This document shows, one piece after another, positions 33,009 through 42,386 of a stretch of DNA of 64,000 nt. The position numbers and the translations under genes are program-made. Every line of letters starts with the position of its first letter. Positions within the stretch are counted from its first letter, which is position 1. The stretch lies in assembly GCA_043803085.1 (NCBI GenBank), contig JAZDKM010000001.1, forward strand, positions 269 to 64,268, read 5' to 3'. The stretch comes from Planctomycetota bacterium. GTDB taxonomy: Bacteria; Planctomycetota; Phycisphaerae; UBA1845. Under the pieces are notes generated by a model that worked only from the letters and a program-made list of their open reading frames with translations, was not told where the DNA came from and did no database searches.

Positions 33009-34040
33009 CTAGGGCCCCCACCAGGGTGGCTTCTCGAAGTCGGTATCGGGATTCACCGTGCCCCGAAACCCATAAAAAAGCTCGAAGGAGGCCGCCACGC
33101 CCCGGACCGAGCCCAGCGCCTCGGCATGATTGTCGAAAAACGCCGTGACGGTCAACCCGTCGGACTTGGCGTTGCGAACCTGGGTGCATTGCACGTCCCG
33201 CGCCGCCGAGGTGCTAAACTCGTAACCACTAGCCCCGCGACGCATGTGAGGAGCGTAGTAAGGCATGGCCTCGCCGCTCCAGGAAGACTGGTAGGGGCCT
33301 TCCTGCTTCGGCAGCTTCGGATTGGTGCCAGATCGTGGACGATACCAGGCATCCGCCAGCATCCATTCCCGAGAGGCATTGCGGACCCTGGTGAGATCGA
33401 CCGGGCCGGTATCTTTGGTCGGGTCGCCAGGGGGCGGCCAGCTCAGCCCGAAATAATACTGCGGCTTCGTCGGCCGGGGGTTTGGGTCGACCCCTCCGGA
33501 CGAGCCCTCTGGGGGAGCCGCCCGACCCCAATTGTTGATCGCATAGTGGGTCGGATAGAGCCCGCCGCGGCTGAACCGGGTTCGAAAGTCGTAGAAGAAT
33601 TGCTGGGGAACGATAAGGTCCAACTCCGGACAGATGCTAACGTTGTCGCCCATGCTGCCAATCAGCATGCCCTTGTCGCCCATGATCGGACGCAGCTTCC
33701 ATGTCAACTGCCGCTCGCGCTCGTACTTGGTCGGGTCGTCACCACCGGGGTCGCCCATGCCGAGGTTGCGGTACACCGCCGGGTGGAGCGGGCCGGGCAG
33801 CGTCCCGCCGTATTCCGAGGCATACGTCATGACCGCGAGGCCGATGGATCGGACGTTGGAAAGGCACATCACCATGCGGGCCTGCTTGCGCGCCTTGGTC
33901 AGCGAAGGAAGCAGGATCGCCACCAGCAGGGCGATAATGGAAACGACGACGAGCAGCTCCACCAGGGTAAATGCCTTGCGGCAGGCGGCGTTTGCCTGAG
34001 CGGTCGAAAGCGGCATTGGATTTTGAACTGTATGCAGCAT
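33009..34040 (-). CDS. DUF1559 / prepilin-type N-terminal cleavage-methylation domain protein
   Basis: KAFTLVELLVVVSIIALLVAILLPSL N-terminal signature. The start was chosen at the Met preceding it. The rest resembles planctomycete DUF1559 proteins. Confidence 0.85.
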   Translation of the reverse strand: MLHTVQNPMPLSTAQANAACRKAFTLVELLVVVSIIALLVAILLPSLTKARKQARMVMCLSNVRSIGLAVMTYASEYGGTLPGPLHPAVYRNLGMGDPGGDDPTKYERERQLTWKLRPIMGDKGMLIGSMGDNVSICPELDLIVPQQFFYDFRTRFSRGGLYPTHYAINNWGRAAPPEGSSGGVDPNPRPTKPQYYFGLSWPPPGDPTKDTGPVDLTRVRNASREWMLADAWYRPRSGTNPKLPKQEGPYQSSWSGEAMPYYAPHMRRGASGYEFSTSAARDVQCTQVRNAKSDGLTVTAFFDNHAEALGSVRGVAASFELFYGFRGTVNPDTDFEKPPWWGP

Positions 34041-34537
34041 GGCTTGTCCCCTGAGGTCGCGGGCGACTCTCGTTGGTACCTGCCGAGCCGTCTCCCTCCG
34101 CCCGCCCCTTGGACCCTTGGGTCGCTCCTCCTCCTGCAAGCCAGGACCGTAGCCCGCTCGCCTCTACGGAAGAGTATACCACGACCGTGACCCCGTTGCA
34201 ATCGGTTCGGTCAGCATAGAGAGGAAGCCGAGTCTGTGGCAGTTTGGGCGGGCTCCACGAACGGTCCGCCCGGCCTATTTCAGGGCCGCCTGAACTGTCA
34301 CGCACCGGAGGAAGCCACGCCGCCGGCCGGGGAACACTCTACCCTTCTTGTAATCGGCCGGTTCGACCGTCCTGCACAAACCTTCTTCTGGAAACGTGGG
34401 TCTGCCAGCGTGGAGACATGGACGGGGTACCCCTTTACAGAATCCGTGTGGGGCCCTTACATTCCCCCGCGGCTGGGCCCGGACGGGGTGGTCCGAGGCG
34501 CCCCAGAACGCTTCCCGTCGCGGAGGGAACCGGGAAC

Positions 34538-35236
34538 ATGACTGCCGCCGCGGAATCGACCGGTTCCTTCCTACCCGTCATCGGGGAATGCGTCCGCTTG
34601 GGCAAGACCGACGCTGGAACCGACATCCCCCGAGGCACGAAAGGGCAGCCCGGGGTGGTTGAATGGGTGCGGAGGGCGCTGCACGACGGAGTTAAACCGC
34701 GGACGATTCTGGAACAGGGTCTGCTGCCTAGCATGCAGGAGACCGGACGGCGGTTCGCGGCCGGCGAGATCTTCCTGCCGGAGGTGCTCATCGCGGCGCG
34801 GGCCATGCAGGCCGGCGTCGCGGAATTGAAGCCTGCCTTGGCGGGGGGGGAGCTCCCCACCCGGGGCGTGTTCATCATTGGTACGGTCCGCGGCGATCTG
34901 CACGACATCGGCAAGAACATCGTGGGCATCATGCTCCAAGGGGCAGGTTGGCGGGTCGAGGACCTCGGGGTGGACTGCCCTGCGGAACGGTTCTTGGAGA
35001 CCCTGGGCCGTCATCCGGGCGGCGCCGTCGGACTTTCGGCTTTGTTAACCACTACGATGTTGAACATGCGCGAAATCGTGGCCGCGATCCACGCTTGCCG
35101 CCCCCACACGGTAGTCCTCGTCGGCGGGGCGCCGGTGACGGCGGCGTTTGCCGGACGGATCGGCGCGAGCGGGTACGCCGCCGACCCGGTCCAGGCTATT
35201 GAACTGCTCAACCGACTCATGCCACGGAATCCATGA
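34538..35236 (+). CDS. cobalamin-binding corrinoid protein (B12-binding domain)
   Basis: GGAGGG RBS 11 nt upstream of the ATG. DxHxxG motif GDLHDIGKNIV and the following Rossmann-like SALLTTTM / VLVGGAP segments. Confidence 0.85.
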   Translation: MTAAAESTGSFLPVIGECVRLGKTDAGTDIPRGTKGQPGVVEWVRRALHDGVKPRTILEQGLLPSMQETGRRFAAGEIFLPEVLIAARAMQAGVAELKPALAGGELPTRGVFIIGTVRGDLHDIGKNIVGIMLQGAGWRVEDLGVDCPAERFLETLGRHPGGAVGLSALLTTTMLNMREIVAAIHACRPHTVVLVGGAPVTAAFAGRIGASGYAADPVQAIELLNRLMPRNP

Positions 35237-36327
35237 GCTGGCCTATGCACCCGCGTGTGGAGAGTTTCCCGACGCCGAGACCGGATTACCGGAGGTTCTT
35301 GGCGGCGGTTCGCCGGCAAGGCGCCGGAGCGGTCCCGCTCATCGAATTGGCCCTGGATCCGGAGGTAGTGGCTGCCCTTCTCGAGGAAGCCCTGCCAGCC
35401 ACCGACGAGGAGGCCGGTCGGCGCGCTCTGGCCGAACAGACGGTACGGCTGCTGTATCGCTTGGGTTACGACGTCGTGAAGATGTCGGCCCCGATGCCCT
35501 TCGAGATTCGCCGCCTCGGCGCGGAGGACACCGCGCCCCTGAGTCGGGGGCAACGCCAGTGGCAGGATCAGCATCACGGGTGCATCACGTCGCTGGACGA
35601 TCTGGCCCGGTTCCGCCGACCGGCGGGGAGCGAAGCTGATTTCGCCGCCTTCGAGGCCGCCTGCCGGATGTTGCCCGACGGCATGGCTTTGCTCGGCTTC
35701 TGCGGCGGCGTGCTGGAGCTGACTTGCGACCTGCTGGGGCTGGAGCAATTCCTTTACGCGGTTTACGACGCCCCCGAGTTGGTGGCCGCGGTGATCGACC
35801 ATGTGGGTCAGACGGTTTATGAGGTTTTCGAAATCTACTGCCAGATGGAAGCGTGCTGTGCGCTGTGGCTGGGCGATGACCTGGGCAGCAAGAACGGGCT
35901 GCTGGTCAGCCCCGATTGGCTCCGCCAGCACGTTTTCCCGTGGTACCGGCGGTACGTGGAATTGGCCCACCGGCAAGGGCGCCCCTTTTTGCTCCACAGT
36001 TGCGGCAACATTTCAGCGGTGCTACCCGACCTGATCGACGAGGTGGGCATCGACGCCAAGCACAGTTTCGAAGATGCCATCTTGCCGGTGGAGCAGTTTA
36101 TCGACCGGTGGGGCGACAAGGTGGGCACGTTGGGAGGCATCGATGTGGACCTGCTGGCCCGCGGGCCGGAACAGGCGGTGGTCGCCCGCACCCGCCAGGT
36201 GCTCGAACACGCCGCGCCACGCCGCGGTTATGCCTGCGGTTCGGGAAACTCGATCACCAACTACGTTCCGCCCGATAACTACTTGGCGATGGTCGAGACC
36301 GTGGCCCGGTTCAACGGGCGTCGGTGA
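35233..36327 (+). CDS. uroporphyrinogen-decarboxylase-family (MtaA/MtbA-like) methyltransferase
   Basis: ATGA overlap with the corrinoid gene. URO-D-type region WLGDDLGSKNGLLVSPDWLRQHVFPWYRR...FLLHSCGN. Confidence 0.8.
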   Translation: MSWPMHPRVESFPTPRPDYRRFLAAVRRQGAGAVPLIELALDPEVVAALLEEALPATDEEAGRRALAEQTVRLLYRLGYDVVKMSAPMPFEIRRLGAEDTAPLSRGQRQWQDQHHGCITSLDDLARFRRPAGSEADFAAFEAACRMLPDGMALLGFCGGVLELTCDLLGLEQFLYAVYDAPELVAAVIDHVGQTVYEVFEIYCQMEACCALWLGDDLGSKNGLLVSPDWLRQHVFPWYRRYVELAHRQGRPFLLHSCGNISAVLPDLIDEVGIDAKHSFEDAILPVEQFIDRWGDKVGTLGGIDVDLLARGPEQAVVARTRQVLEHAAPRRGYACGSGNSITNYVPPDNYLAMVETVARFNGRR

Positions 36328-36367
36328 AGTGTGGTCTTCCGCAGACGCCGATCCCATCGCCAATTAG

Positions 36368-36574
36368 CACTACAGCGCTACTTCGCCGTGCGTGATGGCG
36401 GCCCGCACCGCAGAGTTGGGGTGGCATGGGTCAGCGGCACGTCGGCGGAGCCGGGGAGCCGCTGACCCGTGCCCACCAGCCTCCACGGACACACACGGGT
36501 CAGCTCCGAAGACTCCGCTGACCCATGCCACCCGCGTGGCGCATCCTCACGCGCAGCAACCTAGCGCTGTAATG
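36368..36574. repeat. nested inverted-repeat element (three layers), MITE/REP-like or structured RNA
   Basis: A 19-bp perfect pair, gggtggcatgggtcagcgg (36419-36437) with ccgctgacccatgccaccc (36515-36533). An inner 11-bp pair, 36461-36471 with 36494-36504. An outer 12/13 pair, 36368-36380 with 36562-36574. Confidence 0.85.
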
Positions 36575-36836
36575 TTAGGAAGGCTGCCAGGATTGCAGCC
36601 ATACTGGACGGAGCGTGGCCTCGGTTCTCTGACTTCCCGAGGTAAACCGTCGAGTTTACTTAGCATCGTTTCTGGTTTCCTCAAAGGGCCGTTCCCCGTA
36701 CCAATCGTGGTTGCGAGTTGTTACAATGATGCTCAGCAAGGTGGGCTTCCGGTCTGGCTGGGGGACCGCCATGCCGCGGCGGTGCGGGTTGATAACCGCA
36801 GCCCAGAAAGGTGCTGTTTGCTGGGAGGTTCGAACG

Positions 36837-39194
36837 ATGCGTACATGCCGGCGTGGACGTTGGCAAGGGGGCCTGGCCCTCTTAGGAGTGGTGTGGGGTT
36901 GCGTTGCCCCCGCGGTCATGGGGCAGAGCATCATTATCGACAACAGCGACCCGCAATTTCAGATTCTCGCCGGGTCGTGGTCCATCGGGACCAGCGCCCC
37001 CGGTCATTGGGGTGCGGACTACCGGTTTCGCAGTACCACGGGTGCGGGTGCTTCGTACGGTGCGGTGGAATGGCGGCCGGATCTCCCCGCGGGCGGCGGC
37101 TACCAGGTAGCCATCTACTACCCTCAGGGGCCCAACCGCGCCGACAACGCCCCGTTCACGGTTTATTTCGCGGGCGGTTCCCAGTTCTTCTACGTGAATC
37201 AGAAGATCCAGGGCGGGCAATGGAATGTGCTGGGCACCTTTTACTTCGAGGCGGGCGCCGGTGGATACGTTATGCTCACCAACGAGGCCAATCCCGACGT
37301 GGTCATTGCCGACGCGGTGCAGTTCACGCCCGAAACCACGACCCTGGAACTGACCATGGCCGTTGCCCCCCTCGGGACGGGGACCACGACGCCTGCGGTG
37401 GGCGGTCCCTACACCAAGTACCTTAACGAGATCGTACCCATCTCGGCGACAGCGAACATGGGCTATGAATTTCATCATTGGGAGGTGTCTGCGGGGTCCC
37501 CTGTGGCCGATCCGTCCGCTCCCAGTACGACGGTGACGATGGACCAAGACAAGACAGTGACGGCGGTGTTCGTGGAGCAGGGGCCGGCGCCAGCGGAGTT
37601 CCGGGCGTTCTGGGCGGATGCCTTCCACGCGGGATTCAAGAGCACCGCGGAGATCGACACGATGATCAACTGGGCGTTGACGGGGAACTACAATGCGATC
37701 ATCCCGGAGATTCTTGCCTACCAGGACGTGAGCGACACCAACAGTGGGCACGGCGCCTATTGGAATTCGAACATCGTGCCGAAGGCCCACGACATCGTGG
37801 GCGGGATCGATCCGTTGGCCGAGCTGGTGCAACGGGCGCACGCAGTGGGCATCGAGGTGCACCCGTGGGTCGTGACCCTGCGGGTTTCGCTGGCCTGGCC
37901 GCCCGCCGGCAACGCCCTCCTCTCGGCCCACCCGGAATGGATCATGGTCCCGAGAAACAGCATGGACGGGGGACCGGCGCCGGTGAGCGGAAAATACGTG
38001 CTCGATCCGGGCTCCCCGGACGTACAGGAGTACCTGATCTCCATCATGGGGGAGGTGTTGGAGAACTACGAGGTAGACGGCTGGCACTGGGACTACATCC
38101 GGTATGAGGCGACGGACGCCGGGTATCCGGCGTATAACTGGTACACCAAGTCGGGGCTGGCGCGGTTCAAGGCGATCACCGGTTACTCGGGGACGCCTCC
38201 GGCGACAGGGTATACGCCGTGGGACGATTTCCGCCGCCGGGAGATCACCGAACTGGTCCGGCGGGCCCAGGGCGTGGTGGAGACGGCGAACAATCCCCGC
38301 CAGCCGCTGCGGCACACGGCTGCGCTGATCACCTGGTATCCGGCGAGCACCAATTTCCACGCGACCAATCCGTACGCGTTGTTCTCCGATTGGGAGTACT
38401 GGCAGTCGATGGGGTACCTCGATGCCACGGTGCCGATGTGCTATTTCGACGAGCAGGGGGCGTACCGGACTACCTACTACCAGTGGGTGGACAACAGCAT
38501 CATGTGGGCCAACGCCTATAACCGGCACACCTACATCGGTCCGGGCATCTACATGAACAGCTTTGCGAACAGCGTGGTGCAGATGGAGTACGCGCGGAAT
38601 GCTGGCGCGGACGGGTTCAGCACCTACTCGTATACGGGCACGAACGACACGGGGACGACGTGGTCGGACTGGTACGCGTACGTTGCGGCCAACCTGTTCA
38701 CCGAGCCGGCGCCGACGCCGTCGATGCCCTGGCGCAATCCGACGACGGCGACGCAAGGAACCGTGTACGGGCGGGTGACCGACGGCGGAACCGGCGTACC
38801 GATCGACAACGCAACGATCAGGCTCGACGGCCTCACCCAAGTCCAGAGCGATGGGAACGGGCAATACCTTCTCACCAAGATCAACGCCGCGGCCGGCGGG
38901 ACGATGGTCACGGTGAGCGCCAGCGCGACGGGCTATACGGAGGTGGCACGTCCGGCGGTACTGGTGGAACGAGCCGGCGACACGGAGATCAACTTCGGCT
39001 TGGGCATGTGGTGGGACGGCGATTACGACGTGGACGGGGACGTGGACCTGACGGACTACAGCAAGTTCGCGCCCTGCATCACCGGTCCGGACAACGGCCC
39101 GCTCGCCGCCGGGTGTGACCTCTTCGATTTCGATGCGGATACCGACATCGACTTGGCGGACTTCCGCGTTTTCCAGGAGGCCGCGACCCCATAG
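36837..39194 (+). CDS. secreted GHL10 (glycoside-hydrolase-like 10) protein with golvesin-C-like N-domain, CarboxypepD_reg-like domain and dockerin-like C-terminus
   Basis: GGAGG RBS. Signal peptide GGLALLGVVWGCVAPAVMGQ. IIIDNSDPQF...ADAVQF module. FRAFWADAFHAGFKSTAEID...HPWVV GHL10 core. GTVYGRVTDGGTGVPIDNA. GDYDVDGDVDLTDY...DFDADTDIDLADF. Confidence 0.85.
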   Translation: MRTCRRGRWQGGLALLGVVWGCVAPAVMGQSIIIDNSDPQFQILAGSWSIGTSAPGHWGADYRFRSTTGAGASYGAVEWRPDLPAGGGYQVAIYYPQGPNRADNAPFTVYFAGGSQFFYVNQKIQGGQWNVLGTFYFEAGAGGYVMLTNEANPDVVIADAVQFTPETTTLELTMAVAPLGTGTTTPAVGGPYTKYLNEIVPISATANMGYEFHHWEVSAGSPVADPSAPSTTVTMDQDKTVTAVFVEQGPAPAEFRAFWADAFHAGFKSTAEIDTMINWALTGNYNAIIPEILAYQDVSDTNSGHGAYWNSNIVPKAHDIVGGIDPLAELVQRAHAVGIEVHPWVVTLRVSLAWPPAGNALLSAHPEWIMVPRNSMDGGPAPVSGKYVLDPGSPDVQEYLISIMGEVLENYEVDGWHWDYIRYEATDAGYPAYNWYTKSGLARFKAITGYSGTPPATGYTPWDDFRRREITELVRRAQGVVETANNPRQPLRHTAALITWYPASTNFHATNPYALFSDWEYWQSMGYLDATVPMCYFDEQGAYRTTYYQWVDNSIMWANAYNRHTYIGPGIYMNSFANSVVQMEYARNAGADGFSTYSYTGTNDTGTTWSDWYAYVAANLFTEPAPTPSMPWRNPTTATQGTVYGRVTDGGTGVPIDNATIRLDGLTQVQSDGNGQYLLTKINAAAGGTMVTVSASATGYTEVARPAVLVERAGDTEINFGLGMWWDGDYDVDGDVDLTDYSKFAPCITGPDNGPLAAGCDLFDFDADTDIDLADFRVFQEAATP

Positions 39195-39207
39195 CCGGCC
39201 CGGAAGA

Positions 39208-39359
39208 ATAAACATGATGACTAGATGGAGTAAGCGATGAAACCGCAGATGAACGCTGACAAACGCAGATAAGATGGAGCAGAGAGATCACCCCATCTGC
39301 GTTGATCTGCGTTCATCAGCGGTTCCAAGGATAAACATGATGACCGGATGGAGTAAGCG
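39208..39359. repeat. 29-bp direct repeats (27/29 identical) of the downstream gene start, flanking a 94-nt imperfect palindromic element
   Basis: DR1 at 39208-39236 encodes the stub MMTRWSKR-stop. DR2 at 39331-39359 is the real start MMTGWSKRKSG. Palindrome arms lie at 39243-39270 and 39295-39322 (ccgcagatgaacgc... / ...gcgttcatcagcgg). Confidence 0.85.
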
Positions 39360-41070
39360 GAAGAGTGGTCGGACCTGTGGAGGTGCGGGCGCGCTGGCCG
39401 TTTGGGCTGTCTTGGCTGGCGTGCCGGTCTGCCCGGCTGAGGCAGACGAGCTGCGTGGTTTGTGGGCGGATGCGTTTTATCAAGGCTTCAAAAGCACTTC
39501 GCAAATCGACACGCTGGTCTCGCGGGCAGTGACCGGGCGGTACAACGCCATCTTCGCCGAGGTGCTTGCCTATCAGGACACGGGATCGGGCGGTCACGGG
39601 GCGTACTGGAACTCGGCGATCGTGCCCAAAGCGACGGACATCAGCGGAGGGATCGACCCGCTGGCCTATCTGGTGCAGCAGGCCCACGCTTCGGGGCTGG
39701 AGGTGCACGCCTGGCTGGTGCCCTACCGGGTGAGTACGAGTTGGCCGCCCAATGGCAATGCCTACCTGGCGGCCCGGCCGCAGTGGATTATGGTCCCGCT
39801 GGCCGATATGGACACCGGTCCCGCAACCATCGACGGCAAGTACAACCTGGATCCGGGTTCGCCGGAGGTGCAGACGTATCTGGTCTCTATCGTTCGGGAA
39901 CTGGTCACCAACTACGCCATCGACGGGATGCACTGGGACTACATCCGTTACCTGGACACCGACGCGGGCTATCCGGCGCACGCCTGGTACGGCCAGTCGG
40001 GGCTGGAGCGTTTTAGGGCCATCTACGCCTACGGCGGTACGCCGCCGGTGGACTACGGACCCTGGAACGACTTCCGCCGGAGGGAGATCAACGAGCTGGT
40101 CCGCCGCGCCCTGGTGGAGGTTCACACCAATGAAGCCAACCCGCAGCAGCCCTTACGGCACACCGCCGCCTTGCTGGCCACCGGCGACGCCCCCGCCAAC
40201 TTCGCTGACTCCCTCGCCTATACTCTGTTTCAGGACTGGAAGACCTGGATGCAGAAAGGATGGCTGGACGCCGGCTGCCCGATGAATTACAAGCGGGAGC
40301 ACTGCACCGACGAAGCTGCCTGGTTCCGCGACTGGGTGACCGCCGCCCTGAACTGGAGCTATGACCGGCATGTGTTCTGCGGGCAGGCCCTCTACCTCAA
40401 CAGCTTCGCCGACAGCGTCACCCAGATGAGCTACGCCTATGGCCAGGGCGTGGAGGGGAGCGTGAACTTCAGCTATTACGCTACCCGGGCCACGGAAACG
40501 ATCTGTGACGCCAACGACCCCTGGACGAACGATCCGGCATGGTATAGCTACGTGGCCGCCAACTTGTTCACCGCCCCGGCGACGCACCCCGCCATGTCCT
40601 GGCATGACCCGACGGCGGCGACCAAGGGAGCGGTCTACGGACGCATCGCCGATGGGGCCACCGGGCAACCCATCGACAACGCGACGTTCGAGATCAACGG
40701 CTTCCCCGCCGCCCAGGTGGACGGCAACGGCTTCTACGTGGTGACGCAGTTGTCCGCGGGCCCGACGGGTACTATGGTCCCGACCAGCGCCGTAGCGCCG
40801 GGCTACGCCGAGGTGTTCCGTCCGGCGGTGCTGGTGGAACGGGCGGGCTTCACCGAGGTAAACTTTGCCTTGGGTACCTGGTTGCCGGGGGACTACGACG
40901 TCGACGCCGACGTGGACTTGGACGACTACGCCCACTTTGCGTCGTGTCTGACCGGACCGGGCCAGGGCCCGCTCGCCGCCGGCTGCGATGTTTTCGATTT
41001 CGACGCCGACGCCGACGTGGATCTGAAGGACTATCAGGTCTTGCAGGATTCGTTCACGTGGGCGCCTTGA
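39337..41070 (+). CDS. secreted GHL10 protein, paralog of 36837-39194 (lacks the golvesin-like module)
   Basis: LRGLWADAFYQGFKSTSQIDTL...GLEVHAWLVPYRV is collinear with the upstream paralog through the CarboxypepD_reg-like and dockerin-like C-terminus. Confidence 0.85.
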   Translation: MMTGWSKRKSGRTCGGAGALAVWAVLAGVPVCPAEADELRGLWADAFYQGFKSTSQIDTLVSRAVTGRYNAIFAEVLAYQDTGSGGHGAYWNSAIVPKATDISGGIDPLAYLVQQAHASGLEVHAWLVPYRVSTSWPPNGNAYLAARPQWIMVPLADMDTGPATIDGKYNLDPGSPEVQTYLVSIVRELVTNYAIDGMHWDYIRYLDTDAGYPAHAWYGQSGLERFRAIYAYGGTPPVDYGPWNDFRRREINELVRRALVEVHTNEANPQQPLRHTAALLATGDAPANFADSLAYTLFQDWKTWMQKGWLDAGCPMNYKREHCTDEAAWFRDWVTAALNWSYDRHVFCGQALYLNSFADSVTQMSYAYGQGVEGSVNFSYYATRATETICDANDPWTNDPAWYSYVAANLFTAPATHPAMSWHDPTAATKGAVYGRIADGATGQPIDNATFEINGFPAAQVDGNGFYVVTQLSAGPTGTMVPTSAVAPGYAEVFRPAVLVERAGFTEVNFALGTWLPGDYDVDADVDLDDYAHFASCLTGPGQGPLAAGCDVFDFDADADVDLKDYQVLQDSFTWAP

Positions 41071-41102
41071 CCCCTCTCTAAACGTCGGAAAGGGGGAGGT
41101 CG

Positions 41103-42386
41103 GTGGACGGGTTCGAGTATCACGACGGGGTGCTATACGGCGAGAACGTGGCGCTGACGGCGGTGGCCCGGCGATTCGGCACGCCGACCTACGTCTACTC
41201 GCGGCGGGCCTTCATCAGCCACTATGAGCGTCTGACGCGGGCGTTCGCGGAGTTGCACCCCAAGATCTGCTTCTCGGTTAAGAGTTGCCACAACCTTCAC
41301 ATCCTGCGTTTGCTACGCGACCAGGGGACGGCCTTCGATGTGGTCAGCGGCGGCGAGATTCGGCGGGCCATCGAGGCGGGGGCTCATCCTGGAGACATCG
41401 TCTTTGCCGGCGTGGGCAAGACGGATGAGGAAATCGCCCTGGCCATCGAGTTGGGGGTAGGCTGCTTCAACGTGGAGTCCGTAGCGGAGCTTGAAGTCCT
41501 CGCGGCGCACGCGGAGCGGGCCCGGCGGACCGTCCACGCCGCTTTGCGGGCAAACCCCGATGTCGATGCCCTGACCCATCCTTACACCACGACCGGGAAA
41601 CGGGAGAACAAGTTCGGCATTGACGTCGAACGCCTCCGGGAGTTGTTCGTGCAATTCAAAGAGAGCCGGTGGTTGAAGGTCTCCGGCGTGCACATGCACA
41701 TCGGCTCGCCGGTCAATACGCCCGCACCATATGTCCAAGCGCTCACCAGGGTGTGCGCGGCGGCGGCGGAGGTCCAGGCCCATGGGGTTCAGATCGATCT
41801 GATCAATCTCGGGGGCGGCTACGGGGTCTGTTATCAGGATGACGACGCCCCGTTACTCGAGGCGTACGCCCAGGCGGTCCTGCCGATCTTGGCAGGGCGC
41901 GGATGGCGTGTGCTGATGGAACCGGGTCGATCCATCGCCGCTAACGCCGGGATCCTGCTCACTAAAGCGCTGTACGTAAAGCAAGGACGGGAACGCCGGT
42001 TTGTGGTGGTGGATGCTGCTATGACCGACCTGCTGCGCCCCGCGTTGTACGGGGCTTACCACTTCATTTGGCCCGTCGCCCCCGGAAGCGCCTTTGAGCC
42101 GCAGGGTCACAGCCCGACGATGAAGCTGCCCGGCGCCGTGCTGGTGGATGTGGTCGGGCCGGTGTGCGAGAGCGGAGACTTTCTGGGCAAGGATCGCTGG
42201 TTGCCCCCGATTCAGCGCGGCGACCTTCTGGCCGTGTTCTCCGCAGGGGCCTATGGCTCCGTGATGAGTAGCCACTATAACTCCAGGCCGCGGGCGCCGG
42301 AGGTGCTGGTGGAAGGTGATTGCGTCCGCCTCATTCGGCGCCGCGAGACCTACGACGATCTGGTGGCGGCGGAACGCGAGGTATGA
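41103..42386 (+). CDS. lysA: diaminopimelate decarboxylase
   Basis: GTG start with GGGGGAGG RBS. 427 aa with the PLP-dependent orn/DAP/arg decarboxylase pattern (FGTPTYVYS, FSVKSCHN, HMHIGSP, GGGYGV, CESGD). Confidence 0.9.
   Translation: MDGFEYHDGVLYGENVALTAVARRFGTPTYVYSRRAFISHYERLTRAFAELHPKICFSVKSCHNLHILRLLRDQGTAFDVVSGGEIRRAIEAGAHPGDIVFAGVGKTDEEIALAIELGVGCFNVESVAELEVLAAHAERARRTVHAALRANPDVDALTHPYTTTGKRENKFGIDVERLRELFVQFKESRWLKVSGVHMHIGSPVNTPAPYVQALTRVCAAAAEVQAHGVQIDLINLGGGYGVCYQDDDAPLLEAYAQAVLPILAGRGWRVLMEPGRSIAANAGILLTKALYVKQGRERRFVVVDAAMTDLLRPALYGAYHFIWPVAPGSAFEPQGHSPTMKLPGAVLVDVVGPVCESGDFLGKDRWLPPIQRGDLLAVFSAGAYGSVMSSHYNSRPRAPEVLVEGDCVRLIRRRETYDDLVAAEREV

Noticed and set aside
34140-34537. 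Possible cobalamin riboswitch upstream of the corrinoid protein gene, and the long N-terminal extension of the 330-aa ORF
   Set aside because: I could not find the conserved B12-box (GCCACTG-like) or the GGTG...AATCC core on either strand. The extension is Pro/Gly/Arg-rich, and a good RBS plus ATG at 34538 precedes the conserved domain.
36815-36836. ggttcgaac string resembling a tRNA T-arm, and similar gggttcg strings at 28210-28260
   Set aside because: No acceptor stem or anticodon arm can be built around them. I found no tRNA, rRNA or CRISPR array anywhere in the window.
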